Source: Gemmatimonadaceae bacterium
GTDB lineage: Bacteria > Gemmatimonadota > Gemmatimonadetes > Gemmatimonadales > Gemmatimonadaceae
Assembly (NCBI GenBank): GCA_031374935.1
Contig: JANMHB010000183.1
Location: 9,820 to 73,819, forward strand
Direction: 5' to 3'
DNA length: 64,000 nucleotides
Shown here: one piece after another, positions 40,030 to 48,139 of the stretch
Layout: each line of letters starts with the position of its first letter
How positions within the stretch are numbered: the stretch's first letter is position 1
Program-made: the position numbers and the translations under genes
Notes under the pieces: model-generated
The model's input: the letters and a program-made list of their open reading frames with translations, nothing else
Told to the model about the DNA's origin: nothing
The model's database searches: none

Positions 40030-40926
40030 TCAGTCGATCTGCAGCGAGTCGGATGGTGGCGGGGTGACCGACACCGGTTCACGCGGCGGCACCGCGGCGG
40101 GCGCTGGCGCCTGCCGTTCGAGGATGATCAGCCGCTGTTGCGCACGGGCGATTGCATCGGCCAGCTGTGCGTTGGCATCACCGCGAGCCCGGATCTGCTC
40201 GATCTCGAGCGACTGCAGGAACCGCTTGTAGCGAATCTGCGCTTCGACCGGCCGCAGTTGGAGGTCGAGCATCGTCGCCACCTTGTATTCGAGCATGGCA
40301 TCGGCGCGCTTCATGGCCAGGGCACGATCGTACCGGTCCAGGGCCCGCACGCGATCACCTGCGGCGTTGAACTGGTCGCCCTCGCGAATCAAGGCATCGG
40401 CCATCGCCGTTGCACGGCCATCCGTCGTGGTATCGGCCGACGAGCTCACCACACGGATGCCCTGTGTTTCACGGTAGCTGACGGCGTTCACCCGTTCGTC
40501 ATCGAACTGCACCATCACCACCTCACCCGTCGCATCGCGCGGTGAGTTGCCCAGCACACGCGGCACCATCACGGTGGCGGCGCCACTCTCTCGAATGGTC
40601 CATGCCGCCGGAGCGGTGCGGGTGGCAGCCATCGCCTGGGCGAGGGTCATGCCGAGCGAGATCTCGCCCTTCACCACCGATGCGCAGATGGTGCCGCGAC
40701 AGGTCGCGACGGCCTTCGCATACACGCTGTCACGAGACTGCGTCAGCATGGCGTTGTCGGAGTACCCGTCAGCGCCGGCGCGGGCGATGATGCGGTCCTG
40801 CGACGGCGTGCGATCACCATTGGTCATGATCGGTCGCTCACGGACACGGCGCGGTCCATTGCAGGCGGCGAGCAGCACCGCAGCACCGAGCAACACGCTG
40901 GCTTTCATTGGGGTCGTCATGGTCAT
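40030..40926 (-). CDS. Lipoprotein, hypothetical (C-terminal helical/TPR-like region, Pro-rich tail)
   Basis: 298 aa. Lipobox VLLAAC|NG. Only 9 nt downstream of the LpoB-like gene. C-terminal RVRALDRYDRALAMKRADAMLEYKVATMLDLQLRPVEAQIRYKRFLQ. Confidence 0.7.
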   Translation of the reverse strand: MTMTTPMKASVLLGAAVLLAACNGPRRVRERPIMTNGDRTPSQDRIIARAGADGYSDNAMLTQSRDSVYAKAVATCRGTICASVVKGEISLGMTLAQAMAATRTAPAAWTIRESGAATVMVPRVLGNSPRDATGEVVMVQFDDERVNAVSYRETQGIRVVSSSADTTTDGRATAMADALIREGDQFNAAGDRVRALDRYDRALAMKRADAMLEYKVATMLDLQLRPVEAQIRYKRFLQSLEIEQIRARGDANAQLADAIARAQQRLIILERQAPAPAAVPPREPVSVTPPPSDSLQID

Positions 40927-40935
40927 GGCTCCTGG

Positions 40936-41556
40936 TTACCAACCGATGCGGCGACGATCGATGTACTTCTTGATCTTGTGCTGTCCGATCCAGACCTTCT
41001 GGTTGCTTTCGAGGTCGACGAGGAAGGCGTCGATCTGGTAGAAGACGATCTTTTCGCGGCCTTCCGCATCCTCGATGGCCTGCACGTCGCCCTGCAGCAT
41101 GTAGTTGGCGCCGTTCTCCTTGCCGATGCGGGCGCGCGTCTCGGCGCTGGCGTTCGTCTGCTGGTCCTCGCGCTCGTCGCGCACTTCGCTGCGTTCATCC
41201 CGGCTGGCCACCAGGCGCACACGTCCGCTGTTGACATAGGCACGCTCGAGATCCTTCACGAAGGTGCCGATCGGCACATGCTCCAGCGTGCGATTGCGGA
41301 AGGAGCCAACGATCACGGTCGGTGGTGTTCCGCCGTGCGCCGTGGCGTACTGGCCACTCCACTGGCCACCAAAACTCTGGTCGATGAGCGCGTTGGCAAC
41401 GAGCTTCGAATCGACGTCATTCCAGCGCCCGGAGAGATCGGTGACGCTGCTCGGGTCCACTCGGCTCACCCGCTTGTTGTTGCAGGCGGCGAGAGCAACG
41501 GCGGCCAGGCCGAGCACTGCAGCGCGGCGGAGGGCGACGGTCGTGGGGAAGGTCAT
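40936..41556 (-). CDS. LpoB-like (COG3417-type) lipoprotein
   Basis: 206 aa. Lipobox AVALAAC|NN. TDLSGRWNDVDSKLVANALIDQ...TVIVGSFRNRTLEHV...YMLQGDVQAIED...YQIDAFLVDLESNQKVW matches my memory of the penicillin-binding-protein activator LpoB fold family. Confidence 0.7.
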   Translation of the reverse strand: MTFPTTVALRRAAVLGLAAVALAACNNKRVSRVDPSSVTDLSGRWNDVDSKLVANALIDQSFGGQWSGQYATAHGGTPPTVIVGSFRNRTLEHVPIGTFVKDLERAYVNSGRVRLVASRDERSEVRDEREDQQTNASAETRARIGKENGANYMLQGDVQAIEDAEGREKIVFYQIDAFLVDLESNQKVWIGQHKIKKYIDRRRIGW

Positions 41557-41735
41557 GGCGTACTCCAGATGGGGCGAACGGTCGGGGTCGAGGCCACGCG
41601 GGAGTGCGTGTGTCTGCGCCTCGGATTCAAGTCATTGCACGGCTCGCGCCGGTGCGTCAGTTTGTATAACGAATTGAAAAGCAACGAGTTACAAATTCGC
41701 CGTAACTTGACCTGTCCCCTTCCGGTGACACCCGC

Positions 41736-42185
41736 GTGTCTGCTCCAATCGCCCAGCATTTTGCACTGTTCATCCTCGGAGGGCTGATGCTCGGTTGCTC
41801 AGGGACCCGCCCGGCTGACCTCGGCATGGTCAACGGCCAGCTGCGGCCATGCCCCAGTTCGCCGAATTGCGTGAGCAGCGAGGGCGGAACGCCCGCCGAG
41901 AAGCTGGTCGCCCCCTTCCCTGCGCCCGGAGGAACGGCCGAGATGGGCCGGCTTCGTGCCATCGTCGCGGCGTGGCCACGGACTGCGGTCATCACCGGCA
42001 CCGACACCTACCTCCACGCCGAATCGACCAGCCGGATCATGCGCTTCGTCGATGACGTCGAATTCCGCTACGACGCGACCGCGAACGTCATTCACGTCCG
42101 ATCAGCGTCGCGCCTCGGGAAAAGCGACATGGGAGTGAACCGGAAGCGGGTGGACGGACTGCGCGCTGCGTGGAACGCGCGCTGA
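41736..42185 (+). CDS. DUF1499 domain lipoprotein
   Basis: 149 aa with a GTG start. Lipobox LMLGC|SG. PCPSSPNCVSSE and SRLGKSDMGVNRKRVDGL are typical DUF1499 motifs. Confidence 0.8.
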   Translation: MSAPIAQHFALFILGGLMLGCSGTRPADLGMVNGQLRPCPSSPNCVSSEGGTPAEKLVAPFPAPGGTAEMGRLRAIVAAWPRTAVITGTDTYLHAESTSRIMRFVDDVEFRYDATANVIHVRSASRLGKSDMGVNRKRVDGLRAAWNAR

Positions 42186-42267
42186 CGGCTCGGACGCTTC
42201 CACGCGGTCACCGCCACCGGAAAGCCGGGCGGCAGTTCCACTGCCCGCCACCGACCGCAGGCAGGCG

Positions 42268-42660
42268 TCAGCGCGGCACGTAGGCGATGACGCTGACTTC
42301 GATCAGGATGCCGCGGAGGCGTGCGCCGACGGTCGTGCGTGAGGGATAGGGCGCCGTGAATGCGGACTTCCAGAAGTCGTTCACGGCCGGCCAATCCTGC
42401 TCGTTCTCGAGATAGATCGTGGCCGACACCACATCGTCGAGCGACGCGCCGCCCGCAGCGAGCACCTCGCGCACGTTGGCCAGCACCTGCTGCGCCTGCT
42501 CCTCCACCGTCGTGCCGACGACACGACCGGTGCGGAAATCGCGCGGCACCTGACCGGATGCATACAGAAAATCGCCGGCGCGCACAGCGGGGCTGTAGGC
42601 ACCAACCGGCAACGGGACATCCGCCCGGAGAAACACGGGTGACCAGGAACGCTCAGACAT
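42268..42660 (-). CDS. ridA: RidA family reactive enamine/imine deaminase
   Basis: Track ORF 42268-43101 trimmed to ATG at 42660 (MSERSWSPVFLRADVPLPVGAYSPAVRAGDFLYASGQVP...). 130 aa. C-terminal PSRTTVGARLRGILIEVSVIAYVP. Confidence 0.85.
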   Translation of the reverse strand: MSERSWSPVFLRADVPLPVGAYSPAVRAGDFLYASGQVPRDFRTGRVVGTTVEEQAQQVLANVREVLAAGGASLDDVVSATIYLENEQDWPAVNDFWKSAFTAPYPSRTTVGARLRGILIEVSVIAYVPR

Positions 42661-42801
42661 GAGTGGGACGGGCAAGGGGTTGGCCTGCGGTGCCCGAAGG
42701 GATAGCGCGATCGGGGTCCGCGCGCTAATCCTTCCTTCGCCATCGCCGCGCGCGATGTGCAGTTCCGCCCACTGTTCAACATTTCTCGAGGAGGTGATCC
42801 C

Positions 42802-42864
42802 ATGGCCAGTCGCAGTCCTTCCGCCGGCTCGACCTGGGCAAACGGTCACCAGACCGTCGCCTGA
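42802..42864 (+). CDS. 20-codon mini-ORF with an exceptionally long Shine-Dalgarno match (candidate small peptide or leader)
   Basis: AGGAGGTGATCC (42789-42800) is a 12-nt perfect complement of the canonical 16S 3' end GGAUCACCUCCU. ATG follows at 42802 (7 nt after the GGAGG core). MASRSPSAGSTWANGHQTVA, stop at 42862-42864. Strong hairpin 56 nt downstream. Confidence 0.3.
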   Translation: MASRSPSAGSTWANGHQTVA

Positions 42865-42919
42865 CGAAGTAGTTGTCCAGGTCGTCAGCTCGTGATCGTG
42901 TCGAGCCGGCGTCGAAGGC

Positions 42920-42965
42920 AGACGGGCCGTCACTGCAACATGCGGTGACGGCCCGTCTTGTATTT
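42920..42965 (+). terminator. Intrinsic-terminator-like hairpin with a T-rich tail on the + strand; also 24 nt past the apaG stop on the - strand
   Basis: AGACGGGCCGTCAC-tgcaacatgcg-GTGACGGCCCGTCT, a 14-bp perfect stem, followed by TGTATTTG. Confidence 0.55.
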
Positions 42966-42988
42966 GCGAACCTGTGGCGGAGTGATGG

Positions 42989-43402
42989 CTACGACGTCGG
43001 GCCGAGCGCGTTCTCTGCGTCGAGCAGAAACCGCGGGATGTCGGAGGCGAAACGCGACTTGTCAGCGCGCCGGAAGAAGTACTGGCCCTCCATGAAGCCA
43101 CTGGGCGACTTCAGGACGCAGAAACTCTGGTATTCGTGAATGTGCCCTGGTGCGATCACCGGCAGCTCACCGACGACCCCTTCGCCCTCGACTTCGGTAT
43201 CCTCGCCGTCGCCCACCGAGTCGTGGATCAGCCATTTCCGCGACAGGAGCTGCGCCGCCTGATCGCCCACGTTCTCGAGGCGAACGAAGTATGCAAAAAC
43301 GAACTGTGCGTGCGCCGGCTGCGACTGGGCCGGCAGATAGACTGGCCGCACCGTCACACGAATCCCGTGGGATTCGCGATAGAAGAATGGAGAGCGCTTC
43401 AC
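42989..43402 (-). CDS. apaG: ApaG (DUF525) protein
   Basis: 137 aa with a GTG start. IRVTVRPVYLPAQSQPAHAQFVFAYFVRLENVGDQAAQLLSRKWLIHDSVG...GEGVVGELPVIAPG...YQSFCVL...GFMEGQY matches the ApaG consensus. Confidence 0.85.
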   Translation of the reverse strand: MKRSPFFYRESHGIRVTVRPVYLPAQSQPAHAQFVFAYFVRLENVGDQAAQLLSRKWLIHDSVGDGEDTEVEGEGVVGELPVIAPGHIHEYQSFCVLKSPSGFMEGQYFFRRADKSRFASDIPRFLLDAENALGPTS

Positions 43403-43530
43403 GATGACATATTATCCCCTGCGTGGGTTCCCTCGACAGGGCGCACCGCAACGCGCTTCCGCTGCGCCGCCGGGTTGCTACCTTACGAGCAACGTCGTCC
43501 GTCTTGCCAACCGACCCCAACTATTCTGCT

Positions 43531-44001
43531 ATGCGCCTCGCACGCTTCTCCGCGATCGTCGCGGCCGCACTGTTTCTCGCTCTGCCGCTCGCCGCCCAGT
43601 CAGTCACCGACTCGGCGGTGGTCCGTCGTGGCGCGCCGGTGTCGGCTGGCAGCGCAGTCGCCGTGACGCAATTGGTGACGTCAGCCCGCAGCTACACCGA
43701 TAAGGCGGTGATCGTCGAAGGGGTGATCACGCGCGAGTGCACCGAGAAGGGCTGCTGGATGCAGGTGGCCCAGACGGCGGATGCCAAGGGAATGCGCGTC
43801 ACCTTCAAGGACTACGGGTTCTTCATTCCGCAGGCCATGGTTGGCCGCCGGGCGCGGATGGAAGGTGTGACCAAGGTCACGACACATTCCAGGGCCGCCG
43901 CCGACCACCTGATCGGTGAAGGCGCGCAGTTGCAGCGCAACGCGGATGGCACGGCGACCGAAGTGCAGTTCGTGGCCAGCGGCGTGGAGCTGTTCAGGTA
44001 A
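43531..44001 (+). CDS. DUF4920 domain exported protein
   Basis: Track ORF trimmed to ATG at 43531 (MRLARFSAIVAAALFLALPLAAQS). VIVEGVITRECTEKGCWMQV...VTFKDYGFFIPQ fits DUF4920. Confidence 0.75.
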   Translation: MRLARFSAIVAAALFLALPLAAQSVTDSAVVRRGAPVSAGSAVAVTQLVTSARSYTDKAVIVEGVITRECTEKGCWMQVAQTADAKGMRVTFKDYGFFIPQAMVGRRARMEGVTKVTTHSRAAADHLIGEGAQLQRNADGTATEVQFVASGVELFR

Positions 44002-44021
44002 CGTTGCCGACCGATGCAAAG

Positions 44022-44063
44022 CGGCGCCGCACGGGGATTGCCGAGCGGCGCCGTTCGTGTTTC
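44022..44063 (+). terminator. Hairpin with a T-rich tail after the DUF4920 gene, between convergent genes
   Basis: CGGCGCCGC-acggggattgccga-GCGGCGCCG (9 bp), followed by TTCGTGTTTC. Confidence 0.4.
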
Positions 44064-44083
44064 GGCGGGCCCAACCCCCTCCC

Positions 44084-45496
44084 TCAGGGGAAGATGCCAA
44101 GGTCCTGATAGCTGACGGCGACCTTGTTGATGGCACTGATGAATGCAGCGGTCCGGATATCCGTCTTGCGTCCGTGGCGGACCCACGCGTCGCGAATCTG
44201 GTTCCAGGCCGAGATCATGGTGTCCTCGAGGCCGGAGTTGACCAGATCCGCCTCGTCGGCGCCATGTGACAGCCGGGCCAGGCGCTCATCACCGAGCGTC
44301 TTTCCGGTGAGATCTTCCACCGCCTTCAGCACATTCTTGAACGCCGTTTCCTCGAAGCGTTTCTCCATGCGCCCGAAGCGCACGTGCGAGAGGTTCTTCA
44401 GCCACTCGAAGTAACTCACCGTCACGCCGCCGGCGTTGAGATACATGTCGGCCAGCACCATCACGCCGCGTTGATGCAGAATGGCGTCGGCCTCGAAGGT
44501 CGTCGGGCCGTTGGCGCCCTCGGCCACGATCTTCGCCTGGATGCGCGGCGCATTCTCGGCCGTGATCTGGCCTTCGAGTGCGGCCGGCACGAGGATGTCG
44601 CAGGGCAGCTCCAGCGCTGCGCGCGAATTGGGCAGGAAGGCTCCGCCTGAAAAGCCCTTCATCGAGCCGTGTTCCTTGCGGTGCGCCATGATGGCCTCGA
44701 GATCCAGGCCGCGCTCGTTGTGCAGCGCACCTTCCGCCTCAGCCACCGCAACCAGCACGCCGCCGCCATCCTGCAGGAACTTTGCGGCGTGGTACCCCAC
44801 ATTGCCGAGGCCCTGCACGATGATGCGCTTGCCTTCCAGACCACGGGTCAGGCCGATGGCCTTCATGTCCTCGGCGTTGTCGCAGGCTTCGCGGACACCG
44901 AAGTAGACGCCGCGGCCAGTGGCTTCGGTGCGACCGCGAATACCACCCTGCGCAATCGGCTTGGCCGTGACGCAGCCAAGTGCATTCAGGTCGCCGACGG
45001 CCAACTGCGCATAGGTATCGGCGATCCACGCCATCTCCTTGCTGGAGGTGCCGTAGTCGGGCGCCGGAACGTCGACGCCCGGCCCGATGAAGTTCTTCTT
45101 CCAGAGTTCGAAGGTGTAGCGCCGCGTGATACGCTCCAACTCATGCTCGCTGAACTCCTTTCGGTTGATCTTGATGCCCCCCTTCGCACCGCCGAACGGC
45201 ACATCCACCACCGCACACTTGTAGGTCATCAGCGAGGCGAGCGCCATCACTTCATCTTCATTCACACTGATGGCGTACCGGATGCCGCCCTTGGTCGGCA
45301 GCTTGTGGTGGCTGTGTTCCGCACGCCACCCGACGATGGTCTTGATCGTGCCGTCATCGCGCAAGATCGGAAAGGTGACGCGATACACCGCGTTGCACTC
45401 CTTGATCTGGTTCAACAGTGCCGGCGGGTGCGTGGTGAAGGCTGCCGCTGCGTCGAAGGCGCGATGTACCTGACCGAGAAAACTCTGTTCGGACAT
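44084..45496 (-). CDS. gdh: Glutamate dehydrogenase (Glu/Leu/Phe/Val dehydrogenase family)
   Basis: Track ORF trimmed to ATG at 45496 (MSEQSFLGQVHRAFDAAAAF...). KGGIRY, catalytic-Lys motif VPFGGAKGGIKI, NAD fold IIVQGLGNVGYHAAKFL. Confidence 0.9.
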   Translation of the reverse strand: MSEQSFLGQVHRAFDAAAAFTTHPPALLNQIKECNAVYRVTFPILRDDGTIKTIVGWRAEHSHHKLPTKGGIRYAISVNEDEVMALASLMTYKCAVVDVPFGGAKGGIKINRKEFSEHELERITRRYTFELWKKNFIGPGVDVPAPDYGTSSKEMAWIADTYAQLAVGDLNALGCVTAKPIAQGGIRGRTEATGRGVYFGVREACDNAEDMKAIGLTRGLEGKRIIVQGLGNVGYHAAKFLQDGGGVLVAVAEAEGALHNERGLDLEAIMAHRKEHGSMKGFSGGAFLPNSRAALELPCDILVPAALEGQITAENAPRIQAKIVAEGANGPTTFEADAILHQRGVMVLADMYLNAGGVTVSYFEWLKNLSHVRFGRMEKRFEETAFKNVLKAVEDLTGKTLGDERLARLSHGADEADLVNSGLEDTMISAWNQIRDAWVRHGRKTDIRTAAFISAINKVAVSYQDLGIFP

Positions 45497-45586
45497 GGGC
45501 GGTGTCGGTTGGAATAGGGTGGTACGGCGTGCAGTAACTTGGGTCGCGGTGCGAACGAATAGCCAGTGGCGAGGCACGAGACGGCG

Positions 45587-45701
45587 ACGGTGCACGTGCC
45601 TGATGGTCGGCCGCGGACGGGGGAGTCTGGAGTGTGGCGGGGAATCCGGTCGCGCGTCACGGGACCGCCACGGTGCGTCACCACTCGAATGGTCGGCCGC
45701 G
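45587..45701. repeat. Imperfect direct repeat pair in the gdh/MOSC divergent region
   Basis: ACGGTGC(a/g)-N8/11-ATGGTCGGCCGCG(g/a)A occurs twice. The exact 13-mers ATGGTCGGCCGCG are at 45603-45615 and 45689-45701, 86 nt apart. Confidence 0.4.
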
Positions 45702-45824
45702 AAGCGCCAGCGCTCAAGCAGCCACCACCGTGGTGGCAGCCGGCGCGGCCACGACACCGGCGGATTGGGCCTCCAGGGTCGCGAACGCGCCGACGCCAAC
45801 GGTCCGCGATTACCTTCTGCCCTC

Positions 45825-46574
45825 ATGCCGACCGCCAACCAACCGCTCGCGCAGCATGGTCAGGTCCGGGCAGTATTCGCGGGGCCGATCCGGACGCTCC
45901 ACTCGGCCCGACAGCCGGGTGGCCTCGCCACGACGTGGAAATCCGCCATACTGAAGTCACGCGCATCAGCGGCCGTACACGTTGGCTCGCTTGGGTTGGT
46001 CGGCGACAACCAGAAGGAGAAGAAGCACCACGGCGGCCCGGCCAAGGCGGTGCTCATCTATGGTGCCGCGCACTACGACCACTGGCAGCACTCGTTGCAG
46101 CCCCACGCAACAGCGCACGCGGCTGCGCTGCGCGCGATGTCCCAGGACGTCGACGCCAGTGCCTACGGCTACGGCGCGTTCGGCGAGAACCTGACGATCG
46201 ACGGACTGGTGGAAGCGACCGTGTGCCTTGGGGACACGTGGCAGATCGGTGAGTGCGTGCTGGAGATCACCGAGCCACGCGGCCCATGTGCCACGCTCAC
46301 TCGGCGCTGGATGCGGCCTGAATTGCTGTCGGAGGTGAAAGCGACGGCAGCGGCCGGATGGTACAACAGCGTCCGCACGAAGGGTGCAATCGCCGCCGGA
46401 GATCGCGCGACGCTCCTCGAGCGAATCCAGACGGCATGGACGATGGATCGCGTCTTTCGTCTGCTCGAGGAGCGGGAATCAGCGCGCGCCGACATCCAGA
46501 GGTTGCATGACGCCTCCTGGATCCACGACAGTCTTCGTGCGCAGCTGGCTCGGCGGTTGCTCAGCCGAGAGTGA
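45825..46574 (+). CDS. MOSC domain protein (YiiM-like)
   Basis: Track ORF trimmed to ATG at 45825 (MPTANQPLAQHGQVRAVFAG...). GDNQKEKKHHGGPAKAVLIYGAAHYDHW, GAFGENLTIDGL, LEITEPRGPCATL. Confidence 0.75.
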   Translation: MPTANQPLAQHGQVRAVFAGPIRTLHSARQPGGLATTWKSAILKSRASAAVHVGSLGLVGDNQKEKKHHGGPAKAVLIYGAAHYDHWQHSLQPHATAHAAALRAMSQDVDASAYGYGAFGENLTIDGLVEATVCLGDTWQIGECVLEITEPRGPCATLTRRWMRPELLSEVKATAAAGWYNSVRTKGAIAAGDRATLLERIQTAWTMDRVFRLLEERESARADIQRLHDASWIHDSLRAQLARRLLSRE

Positions 46575-47040
46575 CGGTTGCGTTGACGCCACCGGCATCG
46601 ACAACGACCGGCAACCGCACCAGGTTGCTCGTCCGCTGACCACCGGTACGGATCCCCTGCGAGTTGAACTCTGCGCCGTGATTCGAACAGAAGATCGTAC
46701 CGTCGGTGTTGATGGTGACCGTCGTGCCTTGATGGGTACAGGACATCGAAAACGCGATCAGCCCGGTGCTGGTGCGGGTCATGGCCACCGGCGGTGAGTT
46801 GCGTACTTTGGCGATGCCACCCACCGTCGCCAGCGCCGGAAAATCAGCGAGCCGTATCGTCACCTCACCGACGCCGGGCGGAATCGGACCGGTCACGTCG
46901 CCACCACCACCACCACCGCAGGCGGCCAGGGTGACCGCAACCGCGGACAGCGTCGCCATCGAGACAAAGTCGCGACGCGACACCGTTTCGCGCGCCGTGC
47001 TGACCGCGCACCCTGAACACTTCGTCGTGTCTGGATTCAT
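46561..47040 (-). CDS. Rieske [2Fe-2S] protein with a twin-arginine signal plus lipobox (Tat-exported lipoprotein)
   Basis: 159 aa. CSGC...SRRDFVSMATLSAVAVTLAAC|GGGGGG. Rieske ligands CTH...(17 aa)...CSNH. Confidence 0.8.
   Translation of the reverse strand: MNPDTTKCSGCAVSTARETVSRRDFVSMATLSAVAVTLAACGGGGGGDVTGPIPPGVGEVTIRLADFPALATVGGIAKVRNSPPVAMTRTSTGLIAFSMSCTHQGTTVTINTDGTIFCSNHGAEFNSQGIRTGGQRTSNLVRLPVVVDAGGVNATVTLG
46903..46917 (-). repeat. Trinucleotide repeat (GGT)5 encoding the poly-Gly linker after the lipobox Cys
   Basis: The + strand reads (ACC)5. On the coding strand this is TGC GGT GGT GGT GGT GGT GGC. GGT is an AT-ending codon in a genome that strongly prefers GC-ending codons. Confidence 0.9.
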
Positions 47041-47103
47041 ACATCACTCATCGGAAGAAAGGGACAGGATCGTACACTCGACTCATTCGTGCTGCGCCAC
47101 CTG

Positions 47104-47640
47104 TTACACCGGGACCGCCGCGGCCGACCATCCAGCGGCATCCTCGTCACTCCGGATCACGGATTCGAGATCCACGACCAGCTCCATGCCATCCTTGCGC
47201 ATGGCGCGCCGGTCCATGTTCCTCGTGGCCCGACCGCGGATGAATTCGCCATCGATCCGGTACTCGGACTTGTGTTTCGGGCAGCGAAACGCCGTGTCGC
47301 CTCCCTTGATCTTGAGCATCGCACGCTGATGCGGGCAGCTGAGCGCAAACGCGATGCACTTCCCACCCGCTCGCACCAGGATCACTTCATTGGCGGCATC
47401 GATCGTCGCGCCGTCGACTGCGGGAACCGGATACTTCGCCGTCCCATCCGATTGGCGGACAGCGCGAAACAACACGTAGCCGGTCATCGCCTCGGCACGC
47501 ACGATCCCGGGCAGCAGCACACTCGCGGTCGCAATTGCTGCCAGCGTCCTCGCCAGAAATGCGCGCCGGTCATGGAGACTGCAGTCGCTGCAATCGCCCG
47601 CTGCGTCGTTGTCCGGTGCCCCCATCACGGTGCTCCTCAT
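47104..47640 (-). CDS. Rieske [2Fe-2S] protein with a twin-arginine signal
   Basis: 178 aa. DCSDCSLHDRRAFLARTLAAIATASVLLPGIVRAEA. Rieske ligands CPH...(16 aa)...CPKH. The ATG overlaps the upstream stop as ATGA (47637-47640). Confidence 0.8.
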   Translation of the reverse strand: MRSTVMGAPDNDAAGDCSDCSLHDRRAFLARTLAAIATASVLLPGIVRAEAMTGYVLFRAVRQSDGTAKYPVPAVDGATIDAANEVILVRAGGKCIAFALSCPHQRAMLKIKGGDTAFRCPKHKSEYRIDGEFIRGRATRNMDRRAMRKDGMELVVDLESVIRSDEDAAGWSAAAVPV

Positions 47641-48134
47641 CCTTGCATGAGTCCAACGCCGGCCAGCGTGATCGCCAGCCAGAGCACGACACTCGTGATG
47701 GCGCGCAGCCGCAGCGCGCCGAAGGCGCCTGCACCGCCTTCCTCACGACGCACGGCCGCCTCATTCCGCAACATCAAAAGGCCGTTGGCCGTCAGGAGAA
47801 CAAGCAATCCAACCTTGATCCACATCACTTTGTTCCCGGCCAGCGCCTCGAGGTCAGCTGTCAGCTGCAGCCCTCCCGACACCAGTGAGACCACCAGCGC
47901 GACAATCACCGGCCGATGCACATCGCCGACGGCATCCGCGATGGCGAGCCGCGCCTGCGATGTGGCTGGTGTGCCACCGCGCAGCACCGTACGGTCCGCT
48001 GCCAGCGCGAGGCCACCGCCGACCATCATGGCGCCCAGATGTGCAAAGGTGAGGCCAACCGACAGTGCGGTCGAGTTGCCGTACAGGGTGCTCCACGGTT
48101 CCAGCAGCGCCACCAACGTTTCGAGCACTGGCAT
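47637..48134 (-). CDS. Hypothetical four-TM membrane protein
   Basis: 165 aa. Hydrophobic segments ALSVGLTFAHLGAMMVGGGLALAA, PVIVALVVSLVSGGL, WIKVGLLVLLTANGLLML, ITSVVLWLAITLAGVGLM. Confidence 0.65.
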   Translation of the reverse strand: MPVLETLVALLEPWSTLYGNSTALSVGLTFAHLGAMMVGGGLALAADRTVLRGGTPATSQARLAIADAVGDVHRPVIVALVVSLVSGGLQLTADLEALAGNKVMWIKVGLLVLLTANGLLMLRNEAAVRREEGGAGAFGALRLRAITSVVLWLAITLAGVGLMQG

Positions 48135-48139
48135 GCCGG

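Noticed and set aside
42789-42800. GGATCACCTCCT on the minus strand, identical to a 16S rRNA 3' end
   Set aside because: It is an isolated 12-mer with no flanking rRNA-like sequence. I interpret it instead as an extended Shine-Dalgarno on the + strand (see findings).
45495-45838. Mutually overlapping N-terminal extensions of the gdh (-) and MOSC (+) ORFs
   Set aside because: Both extensions are Arg/Pro/Trp-rich and overlap each other. The internal ATGs at 45496 and 45825 give N-termini typical of their families.
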